From Phyllobates terribilis (taxonomy: Eukaryota), in the NCBI RefSeq assembly GCF_046119375.1, contig NW_027362762.1:188046001-188110000 (forward strand): DNA of 64,000 bases, written 5' to 3'. The notes under the pieces are model-generated. The model was not told where the DNA came from. It saw only the letters and a list, made by a program, of their open reading frames with translations, and did not search any database. Every line of letters begins with the position of its first letter. The stretch's first letter is position 1. Below, piece by piece: positions 31,301 to 46,300 of the stretch. Position numbers and translations under genes: made by a program.

Positions 31301-34300
31301 TTTCCCCATAGAGATTAGGTCTATGGGGAATGCCCACATGCGGACCCGCCGGAGAAATTGACATGCTGGGGTCTGGAAAGACGTGCCACATGTTACTTTT
31401 CACGGGTGTGCCGCAGACGTATAGTGGGCATGGGATTGTATTATCCACTATGCTGTAACATCTGGGCACTGCGGACTGCACGCAGCGAACACTGATCGTG
31501 TGCACATGAATTTGTTTCTGGTTTAAAGGGAACCTGTTACCATGAAAATGCAGTCCAGTCTGCAGGCATCATGCTATAGAGCCAGGGGGAGCTGAGTAGA
31601 TTGCTACATAGTTTGTGAGAAAAGACTCCGTATTACTTGTGATTTAATAATTTAAAAGGAATCTGTCAGCTGAAACATGCTGCCCAAGATCTGAAGTCAA
31701 CGCTCTTCACAGTCGTCGACTACTGACGTCAACGCTCTTCACAGTCGTCGACTACTGACATCTCCACTCAAAGTCACCAGCTCACGTTGTGCTCAGCAAG
31801 ACCCAGCGACAGTGAATAGCAGTATCGTCTTGCTGAGCTCAGCGTGAGCCAGATTCGGGGAATGTCGTGGGAAGCGTTTATGTTTTTCAGTAGATCAGTA
31901 CACTGGAAAAAAATGGAAATCTGCATGAGGCCTAATAGTAATTCATTTTTTTATATCTGCTCAGTCATAGAACAGAAATGTAGCTAATTATACACAAAGG
32001 CCCCGATTCAGCAAAGCTTTTAAGACAGAATTCTGGCGTAAATAAACGTTGAAAATGTTGTCGCAATGCAAGGCTGTGCTAAAATTTTGTAACTTTTGGC
32101 CTCGTGCCATTTTTGACCAGCTCCAACAAAGTGAGTGGACTGGGGTAGTGGCAAGACTGCTCATCAAATTCATGACAAGCGGCATTGTCATTGTCTCCAA
32201 CTGGAGTAAGGTATGTTGGGAGGCACATGTGGAAGTGCACATCATTTTTCTGACGCGCCGGATCCATTAACCCCTTCACGACATTTGACGTATGTTTACG
32301 TCAAAGGTCATTTTCCTGCCTCAAAGTGCGAGCCCACATCTTTCCCTGCACATGATGACTTAGTCATCATGTGCCTTTTACAGTCGCGGGTGGAGAGGTG
32401 TTCGGAATGTGGCTGTTAACTAGTTAAATCCCGCTGTCAACCACTGACAGGGGGATTTAACACGCGCCGGATGGAAGTGCGTCATTTATTCCGCCCATCG
32501 GCGCCCCGGTCACATGATCACAGGGCGCTGATGGGTTGGCATGACAGCCAGGCGTCTTCGGAAGGTCCACGCGCCTGTCATTACGATACTCCTGTCATTG
32601 TGATACTCCATAGGAGATCATGATTGCTGCTATGTATAGCACAGGTGATCAGCTGCAAGTCTCCTAATGTGACTATTAAATTAAGTAAAAAGTAATAAAA
32701 AAAAGTTTTGACCCATTAAAAATGAAAATTAAACAAAAAAGAAAATGTACATATTTGGTATTGCTGCGTTCGTAAAAGTCCGATCTATCAAGATATAAAT
32801 TCATTTAATTGCTAAATTGCATTACGAGAAAAAAGAATTAAAACGCCAGAATTAAGTTTTTTGTGGCTGCGGCAGAATTGCAATAAGTGTTGATCAAAAC
32901 ATCGTATCTACCCCAAAATGCTATCAATAAAAACATCAGCTCAGGGTGCAAAAAAATAAGACCTCACACAGCCCCAGATCCAAAAAATGAAAATGTTAAA
33001 GGTCTCAGAAAATGGTGACACAATCGAAAAAAATATTCTTACAAATTTCCGATTTTATTTTCACCACTTAAATAAAAAAAACACAAACCTATACATGTTT
33101 GGTATCTACTTAGTCGTACTGACTTGGAGAATCATATGCTAGGTCAGTTTTACCATATAGTGAACATAGTAAATAAAAAACAATTGTGGAATTACACTTT
33201 TTTTTGCAATTTTAACACGCTTGGAATTTTTTTCATGCTTTACAGTGCATCACATGATAAAATAGATGGTGTCTTTCAAAAGCACAACTCGTCCCGCGAA
33301 AAACAAGCTCTCATACGGCTATGGGGACAGAAAATAAAACAGTTACGGCTTTTGGAATAAGGGGAGGAAAAAACAAAAGCGCAAAAACAAAAAATCGCCA
33401 GGTCATGAAGGGGTTAAAGGGTGTGCAGCTTTTAATGAATCAATAGTGTCTGACTCCAGTTTGATGAATCAAAGCCAAAGTAATTAAAGTAACACATCAT
33501 TTCTGTTATTATATTTCGAAATTAAGACATACATGTTATTTTATACATACGCCAATCTTAATGAGGTGTGTGCAGGAATAAGACGCACCTAATTCATTAA
33601 GAAGCGCTCTCTAGTTAATGATATAGGTGCATCTTATCACTGGGGTGCGCCTCACCAGAACTGTTACTCCAGGAACGATGCCACTTTTAAGGAGTTTGTC
33701 TGGCAGGTGTTGCCATGCCCTGTCTCACCTCAGCTCCCCTCCAGCTCTGCATTGCTGCTGAAACTGGCATGAAGCCGCCAAAAGTTGCGCAAAAATTCTG
33801 CAACATTTGAAGATGTTTTATACTAGAATTCTGGTGTAAAAGCTATGATGAAGTAATATAATAATAGGGCATCAATAAAAAGGTAGTGGCCAATCTCTTT
33901 CAGGAAAAAAAAAACTTCAAAATTATAGAGAAAAGTAGCGTTTCCTGAAGCAGATTCTGCTCAAAAAACTAGTTACACTTTTCCGCCTCCAAAAACTGAA
34001 TGTAAACCTGTCCTAAGACCGGTGTTACAATATCGCAAAGTAACTAAATTTTAGTGTCAATAATATTGCCGCAACATATGAACCATAAACTGAAACTATA
34101 ACCCAGAAAGGGGTAGTGAGTCCCAAATGGCACCAAAATAAAGCACAAGCCAATACTGATAAAGTGCAGGACAGGAAAATGTTAATCAAAGTAATAAATT
34201 AACTTTTATTGCAAAAAAAAGACAATTAAACAAAACAGTTCATAATGAAAATTGTCCCAGCACAGAGGACACAATTGACTCGTATTGGTGGGTGAACCAA

Positions 34301-37300
34301 AGGGAGAAAAAAACCTGGACATAATAATCCAAGTAGAAAGGATAAATCAATTCATAATGAAATATGCACAATAGAAATAAGAGTGGCATGTCAGGGGAAA
34401 TTGTATTGAAGTAAAAATTCAATTAATGTGAGGATATAATAGCATACATCCTGGCAGCCAAGATGAAATGGGCTCACCCAGCAAACGCACCCGATAAGCG
34501 TTTCACAAATGCTTCATCAGGTGTCACTAAATGCTGTGATCTGCATTACATGTTCTAGCCAGCATCTTAAAAATTAATTTCATATGGGCTGCTTGTGAGT
34601 GCTGTAGTGAATTAGTGGCTGCAGCAGTCATCTACATTGGGAGCCATGATGCCAGCAGTATAACTTTTAAGTCATCATAAATGTAATGTATCTTTACAGG
34701 TTTTAGACACTTTTTTTGCCTTACTGAACACTGTAAGGACTCATGCAGACGTCTGTGCAAATCGGTCCAACATTGGACCGCAATGCACGGACTGGCTGCG
34801 GGTTTCCCGACCGAGTAGCTTGATGTGTCATGAGGCTGTCATGCTCAGGTTGGAACAATCGCGGCCAGTCCATGCGGTCTGATATTGGACCGATTTGCGC
34901 GGACTTCTGCATGAGCCTTTCTAATATAAAAAGTGGATATAAAACTGAGTATCTGATTTTCTATATCAATAATTTTACCACATGATGTACATGAAAATGT
35001 AAAAAACATTCCAAGTGTGGCAAAATAAAATAGTAAAAAAAAAACCACACCATTCTGTTTTTTGGGTTTTATTTTCATGGTGTTCACTGAGCTTGAAAAA
35101 TAACCTGGAGATATGATTCTTCAGGTCAGTATAATTACAGTGATTTTTTTTATGGAGTTGCAATGACTGAAAGAAGGCAATTCTAATGTTTTTATTTTTT
35201 TTAGTTCTCTCGATGGTTTTTAACATATGGGTTAATTAATTTTGCATTTTGATAGATTAGACTTTTACAACATGGCAATACCAAATGTTTATTTTTTATA
35301 TTTTAATTTCTTTATTTTTTGAAAGGAGAGTTGTGAGGCTCTGACGGGAACATGTGTAAGGTGCCTGAGCATGGTAGTCGTGGGCGATCTGCTGCTTCGG
35401 CTCGCTCCGGAATCCTACAGGCAACACATGTCTCCATCCCGGTGTGCTGCTGTATGTGGGATGCATCACACTTACTTCTGGCCTATAGGCCTCCACTGGC
35501 TCCAGGCTTTCCTCTTCTAGAGCCTCTGCAGCAAACAATCCAGGGGACACGAGATTTGTAAAAACAATCAAACTTTAACTGGGCAGCTTGTAGTCTGTAT
35601 AATCAGGTATATAGGATAGGGCCCAACGGGTTACAGTTATCAGACATAACTTCAGCCTTGGTTCTCGGTATGGGTAGAGCATCCCTCTTGCTCACTTCCC
35701 TTGCACTAGGAATTCTTCTCCACCACTGACTGTGCACCGAGATTCCATAACCCTCCACCTCTTAAAGTTTGAGTTCATCTTTTACTGCAGCTTCGCAGGC
35801 TGAGTGTGCCCAAAGGCCTCAACGGCCATCTCGAGGTTCCCAGGCCGGTAGACGGATTCACACGGAAGGCTTCTTTGCCAATCCACTACCCCAAGTATTA
35901 GGCTCACATTGTCCCTAGCAGCCTATTGCCTGTGACCACTGCTGTTGCTTCTCCTAACTGAACTTGTCACTTCCTGAATTTAGCACTAAATCCTAGTTCC
36001 CACCTCCCCAATCTGAGCTGGTAGTTACAGTTAATCCTGTCTAAACTAAACTGCCGCCCTGGAGGGTTTTACTTACAGAAGCATACAATATTATAAAATA
36101 CATTTAACCCCTTGGAGTGTAAAGGAGAGAATATCACCTCCACCACTTCTACACATGGGACAGCACACCCCTCCCAGACTGTGTGCCTTAGTTGCCAGTG
36201 TCAAAGATTGACAGACGCATTTCAGGGGTTAACAGCGATTAGATCCGACTCCTGCTGTTAGGCCACAATCACAAGGTCAGTATTTGGCACTTGGCTAGCA
36301 TTTTCCTCAGTACTTGTAAGCCAAAACCAGGAGTGGATGAAAAATGTAGAAGTGGTGACTTGTTTCTATTGGACTTTTCCTCTGATTGTTCCACTCCTTA
36401 TTTTGGCTACAAATACTGAGGGAAAATACTGATCAAATACTGAAAGTGTGAACTTGGCCTTACAGACCGATTCTGGCGCCATACACAGGCACTTAACATA
36501 GGATGTGCTGTCTAATTCTAGTTCAAGCTGTCTATTACACAGGATAACTAAATCTGCTCCAATATATTGATGTTTTTTTTTAATCAAAACATTCATAATC
36601 ATATAACATACAGTACCAGGGCTATTCAAAAGTAGGACCTCGCTAAGCATCACTCCCTTTCCTCATTTCTGATTAGAATCACTCCTGTGCTGTATTAGCC
36701 TCTGTTTTATCTGCTGCTTGTAGGTATTTTTCCTTCTCCAGGGCGGCTGCTCCCTCACAGTTATTACACAAGGCGCCGCTCACACCCCACTACACCACTG
36801 GGACCTGCAATCAGACTTCCCCAACCCACCACCACACATTTCCAAGACAATAGGACTGGGCACATGTGATATATTTCCACCAATCTTAGGCACCAATTCA
36901 TGTTTTTTTTTTTTGTTAAATGACTGGGCGGTCTTATCAATTAACAGAGATTGCCTTTAACCCTTTCACTGAACGTAACACTATCCGAGGCAGAAATAAA
37001 AACTGGTCAGAGCAGATGGCTGTATCACATATAGAGAACTAGCATGAAAGCTCAGGCTACGTTCCCACGATGAGCCTTTAGTGCGTTTTTGACCAAGCAT
37101 ATTTTTGCTGTCTTTTTTCCTTCCAGTTCCAGCAAAGTCATTTATAGAAATCTCCCACCCACTGTGCTTCTTTTTTAACACCGTATAAACTGTCCTGCGG
37201 TGAGTGTTTAAAATCCGCAACATGTAAATTTCTCTTGCACGGCGCCTACGCTGAGTTTTATGTGCAGAATTTACCCATAGACTTGTATTAGGTGTAGAAA

Positions 37301-40300
37301 CTCTGCAGATAAAACATGCGCATGCGTTTTTAGTGCGTTTCCACATCAAAAACGTATGTAATCAGCACGTAAGTATGTCTATAAAATTTTATCAAAGCCA
37401 AATACCAGGAAGTTTCATAAACCAACAGCTTTATTTAAAGCATGACATACCAAAAAGAGAAAAAAGAAATAAAAAAATGCAGCGTCAATAGTGCATGTTA
37501 AAAATATGTACACAAAAACGCAAGGAAAAAAAAACAGTAACCTAATTTAAACAATAGGTGCAAAAATTCAACAAAAGCTCATCATGGGAACATAGCCTTA
37601 GGGTACATGCCCACGATCAGTATTTGCAGCGTCCAAAACGCTACGTTGTTCAGTAGAAGCACTAGCGTATGGCATTCGATGTGAGAGCATCAGATGCGAT
37701 ATGCTAATGACACTCGGCTCCTGCTCTGCTGCCAGCTGGAGCCGAGTGTCAGTGCTCTGTGCTTTGATCCTTCTCTCATGAGAGAATCACAGCACAGCTG
37801 CGGAGGAGGCTGAACAATTAATGTCTCCATCTCCTCCATTGCCAGCATCCGAAGGAATCGCACTGCACTGGGATGACATCCCATCCATAGACTTGTATGG
37901 GTGCACACGATCCGATTCTCGGATGCAATTGCAGAATGCTGCGATTATTTTCTCATGCTGATTCGGCATGCGAAAACAATCGTAGATGTGAGCTGCCCCA
38001 TAGAGTAACATTGGGGCGAGTGCAATCTGATTTTTTTTATCGGATTGCACTCGTCCGATTTCATCGCAAGTGTGAACGAGGCCTTAGAATCATCTAACGT
38101 TTTATTTTATTTATTATTCTTACTAGAAAGTGGGTAAGTGTGTAACGCCAGTTATCCAATAGTATCAATTTAGGCAATAAATGAGATATGGACTTTGTGC
38201 ATTGTCTCTATTTTAGATCTCTACCATATTAAGGACTCGTTCAGACATCAATGTTTAAACATGTAACTGAAAAAAATGGTACTGGTATCAGTGTTTTGCC
38301 ATCAGTTTGTGATGCAACCCATGTGCTGTGCGTGTTTTTCACAGATGTATAAACTTGTATTGGCCCTTGTCATCCGTCCTGTCGGGAAAAAAATGGACAT
38401 GTCTCAGTGTGTTTTTCACAGACACGCGGTCCGTAAAAAAACACGATATGTGAACAGCTCATAGATTATAATGCGTACGTGCTGTATCCCTGGAAAAAAA
38501 ATGGATACAACAAGTGCAACATGGAGGTGTGAATGAAGCCTAACACATATAAAATACATAAATGAGGCCTTATCAAAAATGGCTAAAAGGAAAACTGTCT
38601 TTGTAACCCATAGCAACCAATCATAGCACAGCTTTCATTTCATAAACTGCTGTGGTAAAATAAAAGCTGCGCTGTGATTGGTTGCTACGGGTAACAAAGA
38701 CAGTTTTACTTTTAGACACTTTTGGTAAATCTGCCCCATAGTGTGTTCCTAGTATAATTTTAGTAGAATGTTAATGTATGAACTTGTATTATTAAACAAC
38801 GCCAACAATGGAAAATGAGTTTAGAAACAGACCTTCTGCATTTACTTACTGATTACAGAACATCAAGGGGTCATTTCCTTTTGTATACGTTCACATGAGT
38901 CACATGTACAGACTGAATATCCGCTGTGTATTATAGTAGCAGCAATGTGGATACAATTTTAAGAAATATCATCCATATGCTGCAGACAAAATCTACAGTG
39001 TAAATTGACATGCGCTGCAGATTTCACATCCACAGCTTGTCAGTTTAGACTGTAGGTTTCCATTGGTGCAGTAAATCCACAGAACTTCCGCATCAGCACA
39101 GCTGATTCACTGTGGATATTGCACAGAAGAAATGTCATGTGCAGTGATGTAACTAGAGTCCGATGAGAACAAATTTAGACCTGGGCCCCCAGCATGTTGG
39201 TCAGATGTATGGGCCCTTGTAGAGCCTATAAGGACATACAAGTTGCACCCCATCCCCCATTTTGTAGTAATGTCCCCCATCTTGGGCTCCTTCCTGGTAT
39301 ATACAGGTGCGTCTCACTAAATTAGAATATCATCAAAAAATTAATTTATTTCAGTTCTTCAATACAAAAAGTGAAACTCGTATATTATAAAGAGTCATTA
39401 CAAACAGAGTGATCTATTTCAAGTGTTTATTTCTGTTAATGTTGATGATTATGGCTTACAGCCAATTAAAACACAAAAGTCATTATCTCAGTAAATTAGA
39501 ATAATTAACAAAAAACCCCTGCAAAGGCTTCCTAAGCTTTTAAAAAGGTCCCTTAGTCTGTTTCAGTAGACTCCACAATCATGGGGAAGACTGCTGACTT
39601 GACAGATGTTCAGAAGGCAGTCATTGACACACTCCACAAGGTCCCAGAGTCTGGAGGAAGAGTGGAGAGGCCACAATCCAAGCTGCTTTAGGTCTAGTGT
39701 GAAGTTTCCACAATCGGTGATGGTTTGGGGAGCCATGTCATCTGACCAAAGTCAGTGCAGCTGTCTACCAGGAAATTTTAGAGCACTTCATGCTTCCCTC
39801 TGCCAACAAGCTTTTTGGAGATGGAAATTTCATTCTCCAGCAGGACTTGGCACCTGTCCACACTACCAAAAGTACCAATACCTGGTTTAAAAACAACAGT
39901 ATCACTGTGCTTGATTGGCCAGCAAACTCGCCTGACCTTAACCCCATAGAGAATCTATGGAGTATTGTCAAGAGGAAGATGAGAGACACCAGACCCAACA
40001 ATGCAGACGAGCTGAAGGCTGCTATCAAAGCAACCTCGGCTTCCATAACACCTCAGCAGTGCCACAGGCTGATCGCCTCCATGCCATGCCGCATTGATGC
40101 AGTAATTGATGCAAAAGGAGCCCTGACCAAGAATTGAGTGCATTTACTGAACATACATTTCAGTAGGCCAACATTTGGGAGTTTAAAAACATTTTTTCAA
40201 GCTGTTATAAAGTATTCTAATTTACTGAGATAATGACTTTTGTGTTTTCATTGGCTGTAAGCCATAATCATCAACATTAACAGAAATAAACACTTGTAAT

Positions 40301-43300
40301 AGATCACTCTGATTGTAGTGACTCTATATAATATATGAGTTTCACTTTTTGTACTGAAGAACTGAAATAAATTAACTTTTTGATGATATTCTAATTTAGT
40401 GAGATGCACCTGTATGTCCTCCATCCTGGACCCATCCTAGTATATATATGTCCCCCATCCTAGTATATATGTCCCTTATCTTAGTATATATACACTGCTC
40501 AAAAAAATAAAGGGAACACTCAAATAACACATCCTAGATCTGAATGAATGAAATATTCTCATTGAATACTTTGTTCTGTACAAAGTTGAATGTGCTGACA
40601 ATAAATTCACACAAAAATCATCAATGGAAATCAAATTTATTAACCAATGGAGGCCTGGATTTGGAGTCACCAGCAAAATTAAAGTGGAAAAACATACTAC
40701 AGGTTGATCCAACTTTGATGTAATGTCCTTAAAACAAGTAAAAATGAGGCTCAGTATTCTGTGTGGCCTCCACGTGCCTGTATGACTTCCCTACAATGCC
40801 TGGGCATGCTCCTGATGAGGTTGCGGATGGTCTCCTGTGGGATCTCCTCCCAGACCTGGACTAAAGCATCCGCCAACTCCTGGTCAGACTGTGGTGCAAC
40901 GTGACATTGGTGGATGGAGCGAGACATCATGTCCCAGATGTGCTCAATCGGATTCAGGTCTGGGGAACGAGCGGGCCAGTCCATAGCTTCAATGCCTTCA
41001 TCTTGTAGGAACTGCTGACACACTCCAGCCACATGAGGCCTGGCATTGTCCTGCATTAGGAGGAACCCAGGGCCAACCGCACCAGCATATGGTCTCACAA
41101 GGGGTCTGAGGATCTCATCTTGGTACCTAATGGCAGTCAGGCTACCTTTGGCGAGCACATGGAGGGCTGTCCGGCCTTCTAAAGAAATGCCACCCCACAC
41201 CATTACTGACCCACTGCCAAACCGGTCATGCTGAAGGATGTTGCAGGCAGCAGCTCGCTCTCCACGGCGTCTCCAGACTCTGTCACGTCTGTCACATGTG
41301 CTGAACCTGCTTCCATCTGTGAAGAGCACAGGGCGCCAGTGGCGACTTAGCCAATCCTGGTGTTCTGTGGCAAATGCCAAGCGTCCTGCATGGTTTCTAA
41401 CCGTTTGTGCAGACACATGCATATTTGTGGCCTGCTGGAGGTCATTTTGCAGGGCTCTGGCAGTGCTCCTCCTGTTCCTCCTTGCACAAAGGCGGAGGTA
41501 GCGGTCCTGCTGCTGGGTTGTTGCCCTCCTACGGCCCCCTCCACATCTCCTGGTGTATTAGCCTGTCTCCTGGTAGCGCCTCCAGCCTCTGGACACTACG
41601 CTGACAGACACAGCAAACCTTCTTGCCACAGCTCGCATTGATGTGCCATCCTGGATGAGCTGCACTACCTGAACAACTTCTGTGGGTTGTAGAGTCCATC
41701 TCATGCTACCATGAGTGTGAAAGCATAACCAACATTCAAAAGTGACCAAAACATCAGCCAGAAAGCATTGGTACTGAGATGCGGTCTGTGGTCCCCACCT
41801 GCAGAACCACTCCTTTATTGATGGTGTCTTGATAATTGCCAATAATTTACATCTATTGTCTATTCCATTTGCACAACAGCATGTGAAATTGATTGTCAAT
41901 CAGTGTTGCTTCCTAAGTGGACAGGTAGATTTCACAGAAGTTTGATCCACTTGGAGTTATATTCTGTTGTTTAAGTGTTCCCTTTATTTTTTGAGCAGTG
42001 TATATCCCATCCTAGTATATATATCCCTTATCCTGGTATATATATCCCCCCTATCCTGGTATATATGTCCACTATTCTGCTGCTGTTCTTTAATGCATAG
42101 AAAAATAAAAGATTCTACTCACCTTCCCTAAATTTCCCCGCCGCGCAGTGTCCTCTTCTGAAGCCAGCAGATGACTTCAGCATGCAAGCTGCCATGCGCC
42201 CCAGTCACATAATGTGCACGCCGATGTCAGCTGCTGGCCTCTGATTGGCTAGTAGCATGTATTGTAGTGCATAGATCTCTGCGCACAATACACTTCAGCT
42301 GAATGTGCGTCCAATGACGCAAATCTAGTTGAAGTTTGCACTGGCATCGGCGAGCCCCTCACCCGCACGGGCCCGGTAGCGTCTTCTGCGCTGGAGTGGT
42401 GTCACTAATCTAAGTTTCGTGCTCCTAGTAATATACTTACCATCATCATCTTTTATCAGCGCTGCTACGGTCCGTTTCCAGCAGTTTGTAACCTGCCGAA
42501 TCGCTCCAGTGTTCGTAGGGATTTACAGCCCAATGTAAGTCTATGAGAGCCAGAACGAGGCCAGAACGAGGCTCCCATAGACTTACATTGAGAACTTGTG
42601 ATTGTTACCTCTGACTTTCAGTCAGTATTTGTGGTCACAAGATGGAGGGGCGGGACAAGAGTGGCTCCGGGAATAACTGAAGATGGCGGCTGGTAAGTAT
42701 AACACTGGCGTCGGGGAACTTACATTAGTGACACCACTCCAGTGGTAAAATTAAAAATAAAAAACGCTGAAGTGGAGCTTTAAGCTTTATTCATTATTTC
42801 ATTGCACCTGTTTTAAGTTACTTTTATTTTATTTTGTCTATTTTTTTTTTTTCATAATGTTGCAACATTTTTAAGCAATTGTATTTTAATAACCTAGGGA
42901 AGTGCAATATCTCTTCTTTTTGCACACACTAAAATCAAACAAGCAACAATTATAAGCTTAAAGAGAACCTGTCAGCAGGATTTTGCAACGTAAAGTACAC
43001 ATATAGCCATACCGGAAATTGGCGCTGGGATACTGATTAAAATGATTCCTGCGGTGAAATAATCAGTTTTGTGTTTTTTTTGTGTAATCTTTGTGTGAAG
43101 CTTTCATTTAATGATATGTTTGTGCATATATCGCCGCTGCTCAAAACATCTTGCAAGTGAAGGCAGTGGGTGGCGCATGCGCAGATTAAGGACAAGGGGG
43201 ATAACTTGGAGATGTGACTGTACATGCATCGCTGGTGCCATTTTGTTGAAGACAATGTTGTTGCTTTTTAAAGACCACAGCAATTACTGTGCTGGCACGA

Positions 43301-46300
43301 TATTTAAAATAGGAGGCAGGTGAGTGACGGATCAGTGACCTGTCATTAACACAGGAGGAAGAATAAGGGACCAGAGCACCAAAAAAGACCCTGCCCCCAG
43401 GCCGCCCCGACGCACTTCACACAAAGATTACACTTGTAGGATTGCTGCTTCCAATAGGTGGCGCTATAGAGTTCAAGTCCTCTTTTATTCTGAAGAGGCA
43501 ATTTGCATATAAAGATTACACAAAAACCACAAAATGGATTTGTTCACCGCAGGTATCATTTTAATCAGTATCCCAGCTCCAATATTGCTGCGTGTACTTT
43601 AGAAAATACGTTTAAGCTACATTCCCACAATGAGTGGTAAGTTTTTTGATGCTGCAGATTTTCTATAGCATTTCTGCATCCATTAGAGTATGTTCACACA
43701 TGGCGTTTTTACAGCATTTTTTTCTGCAGCCGAAACCTTCACTCTTGGCAACATTGTGTATAAAACACAACAAGTAGCTGCATTTTATTGCTGCGTTTTT
43801 CAGGCAAATTCCATGTGCAATTTGTCTACAGTATATCAGTACTTGTTAATAAAGTTGGTTTTATTCACCAAAAACACCGCAGAAAAAAAACTCCCAAAAA
43901 AACAAAACTGTAAAAATGGAACACAAGTGTTATGCTGCTTTTTCTTGCAGCGTATTTGCATTTTCTCAATGCTTTCTATGGGTGAAAAACGCTGAAAGAA
44001 TTGACATATATTCAGTCACCAAAAACAGCCGTGTGCATGAGATTTCTATAATCTCATTTCTTTTGCTGGTACTGTAAAATGCAGCTTCTTTTCTGCAGAA
44101 AAAAACCCTGCAAAAATGCCATGTGTGAACATAGCCTTAGATAAACTAGGTTATTTGCATTTTTTATTTCATTGAGTATTTGAGTGTGTTTTTATTGCTT
44201 TTTTGACATTGTGGTTTTTGTCTCTTTTTGGTATGACGTGTTTTAAATAAAGTTGTTTTGGATTCTTCCTGGTAGTTTTTTTTTACTGCTATTTGATCAT
44301 AAAGGCCTACTTCTCGCACTCTCTTCTGGAGAATTGATGTTGAGATGTGTCTGCTACTAAATATCTGTGCATCATTGATGAGGATGGTTATATTAATTGC
44401 TGTCTGTGAGGCTGATAACTCTGAAGAACTTATTATCTGTAGCAGAAATAGTTATTGGTCTTCCTTTCCTGGGACAGGCAACATGGGAGCCAGTTTCATC
44501 ATAGTGATCGATGGTTGTTATGACTGCACTTGAGGATACCTTCAAGGTTCTAGCAACTTTCTGCACTCACTGACCTTCATGTCTTAAAGTAATAACGAAC
44601 TGCCGTTTCTCTTAGTTGAGTGATTCTTTTCATATTCTGGTTTAGAACAAATGTAGTCTAGGGCTCAGCACTGTAAAAAGCTGTGTACCGACACTGCCTC
44701 TGCAAAGCATAACTCAAACTCTCTGAAGGCCGCTCATTAAACAAATGAAGTTTACAATGGACGAGGCTTACCTGTTCATTGGAAGTCACTACAGGTGACT
44801 AACTGATGAAGCTGCTTAAGAGAATGTCAAGGGTGAGTAAAGCTGTCATCAGAATAAAAAGGGGGTACTTTGAGGAATCTAAGGTTTAACACATATTCTG
44901 GCTTGTTTCACTTGGGTATGTTTAGTCCCTGTATCCATATATATTCCTTTGTGGTTTTGCTGCTTACAGTCTGAATCTGCAATGTGCACATTCCAATAAG
45001 AATAAGGAAAACCACTGCATCAATAGGTGTCCAAACTTTTGTCCAGTACTATATTCTGTATATTTCTTATTTTTTATATATCAATATTAAAACAATATTA
45101 AATTCTTGCAAGATTAACAAAGCCTGTCCATTAAGCCTAATATTAAATTCACACTTCTTGTTCTGTAAAAATCACTTTCGGTAGTTAATTCCTTATCATC
45201 ACAGGCAGAATTACAATAACAGCTAACACAAATTTATATTGAGTAGATAACACAGGATCCACCATAGGTGATGGTCACATCAATACCCTTTGCACTAATC
45301 AGAGAAAATCTAAAAGCATCTCATGAGTCAGATCAAAGCTACTGCAGTCTATGGTTCATGTGGCTGCTGAAAAGCCAATTTCTTAATACTATTAATACAA
45401 GATCAGGCAAGATGGCGGCCTCCAAAATAATGTAAAGAAAATTCAATAAATAATCTATAACATACCACCCAACTTTTGAAGAAGAGAAAGAGGGACAGAT
45501 CATGCGGAGCACTAAGCGCGCCGCAACAAATTTTGGTCACGCCCCTGGCCACACCCCAATCCACGCCCATTTACCATTTCTTTCTCCCCTGTCAGGAGGA
45601 GTTGTCAGAAGGGCGCTGGTAATAAGGGAGATTCAGCAGACAGCCCTTATCCCCATTCCTGGCATGCATGCCCCCCTCAGACCCAATCCTGGCATGCATG
45701 GCCCCCCTCAGACTCAATCCTGGCATGCATGGCCCCCCTCAGACCCAATTCTGGCATGCATGGCCTCCTCAGACCCAATCCTGGCATGCATGGCCCCCTC
45801 AGACCCAATCCTGGCATGCATGGCCCCCTCAGACCCAATCCTGGCATGCATGGCCCCCCATCACTGCACGTATGAAAAAAATAAACACTTCTACTCACCT
45901 TCCTTCCTCCCCTCTGCTCCAGCGCTGCGTCCTGTCTGTCAGTAGCTGATCTCAGGATCTGTGCAGTGCATGACATCACTGCCATGCGCCCTCAGATGCC
46001 AAGGTGAGCTGCGGGGATATTCACTCCTCTCCACGCCGGGACTATGGATGTGGAGAGGAGTGAACAGTCATTCTCCTTAATAGCTCCCACTGTCAGCACG
46101 GCCGCATCTCCTGCTGTGGCTCAGCGATCTTCTGTGCCCACTACTAAAGAGAATGAATATTCACTCCTCTCCATGTCCATGGGAGTGGAGAAGAGTGAAT
46201 ATTCATTGTCTCTAATAGAGGGCACACAAGATCGCGGAGCTGCAGCAGGAAGCCGGCGGCTGCGACTGACAGTGTGCGCTATTAAGGAGAATGAATATTC

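Noticed and set aside
45650-45860. CRISPR-like array (also considered for 9160-9437, 53745-53900 and 51091-52115)
   Set aside because: Contiguous tandem or inverted units without unique spacers, eukaryotic context, no cas genes
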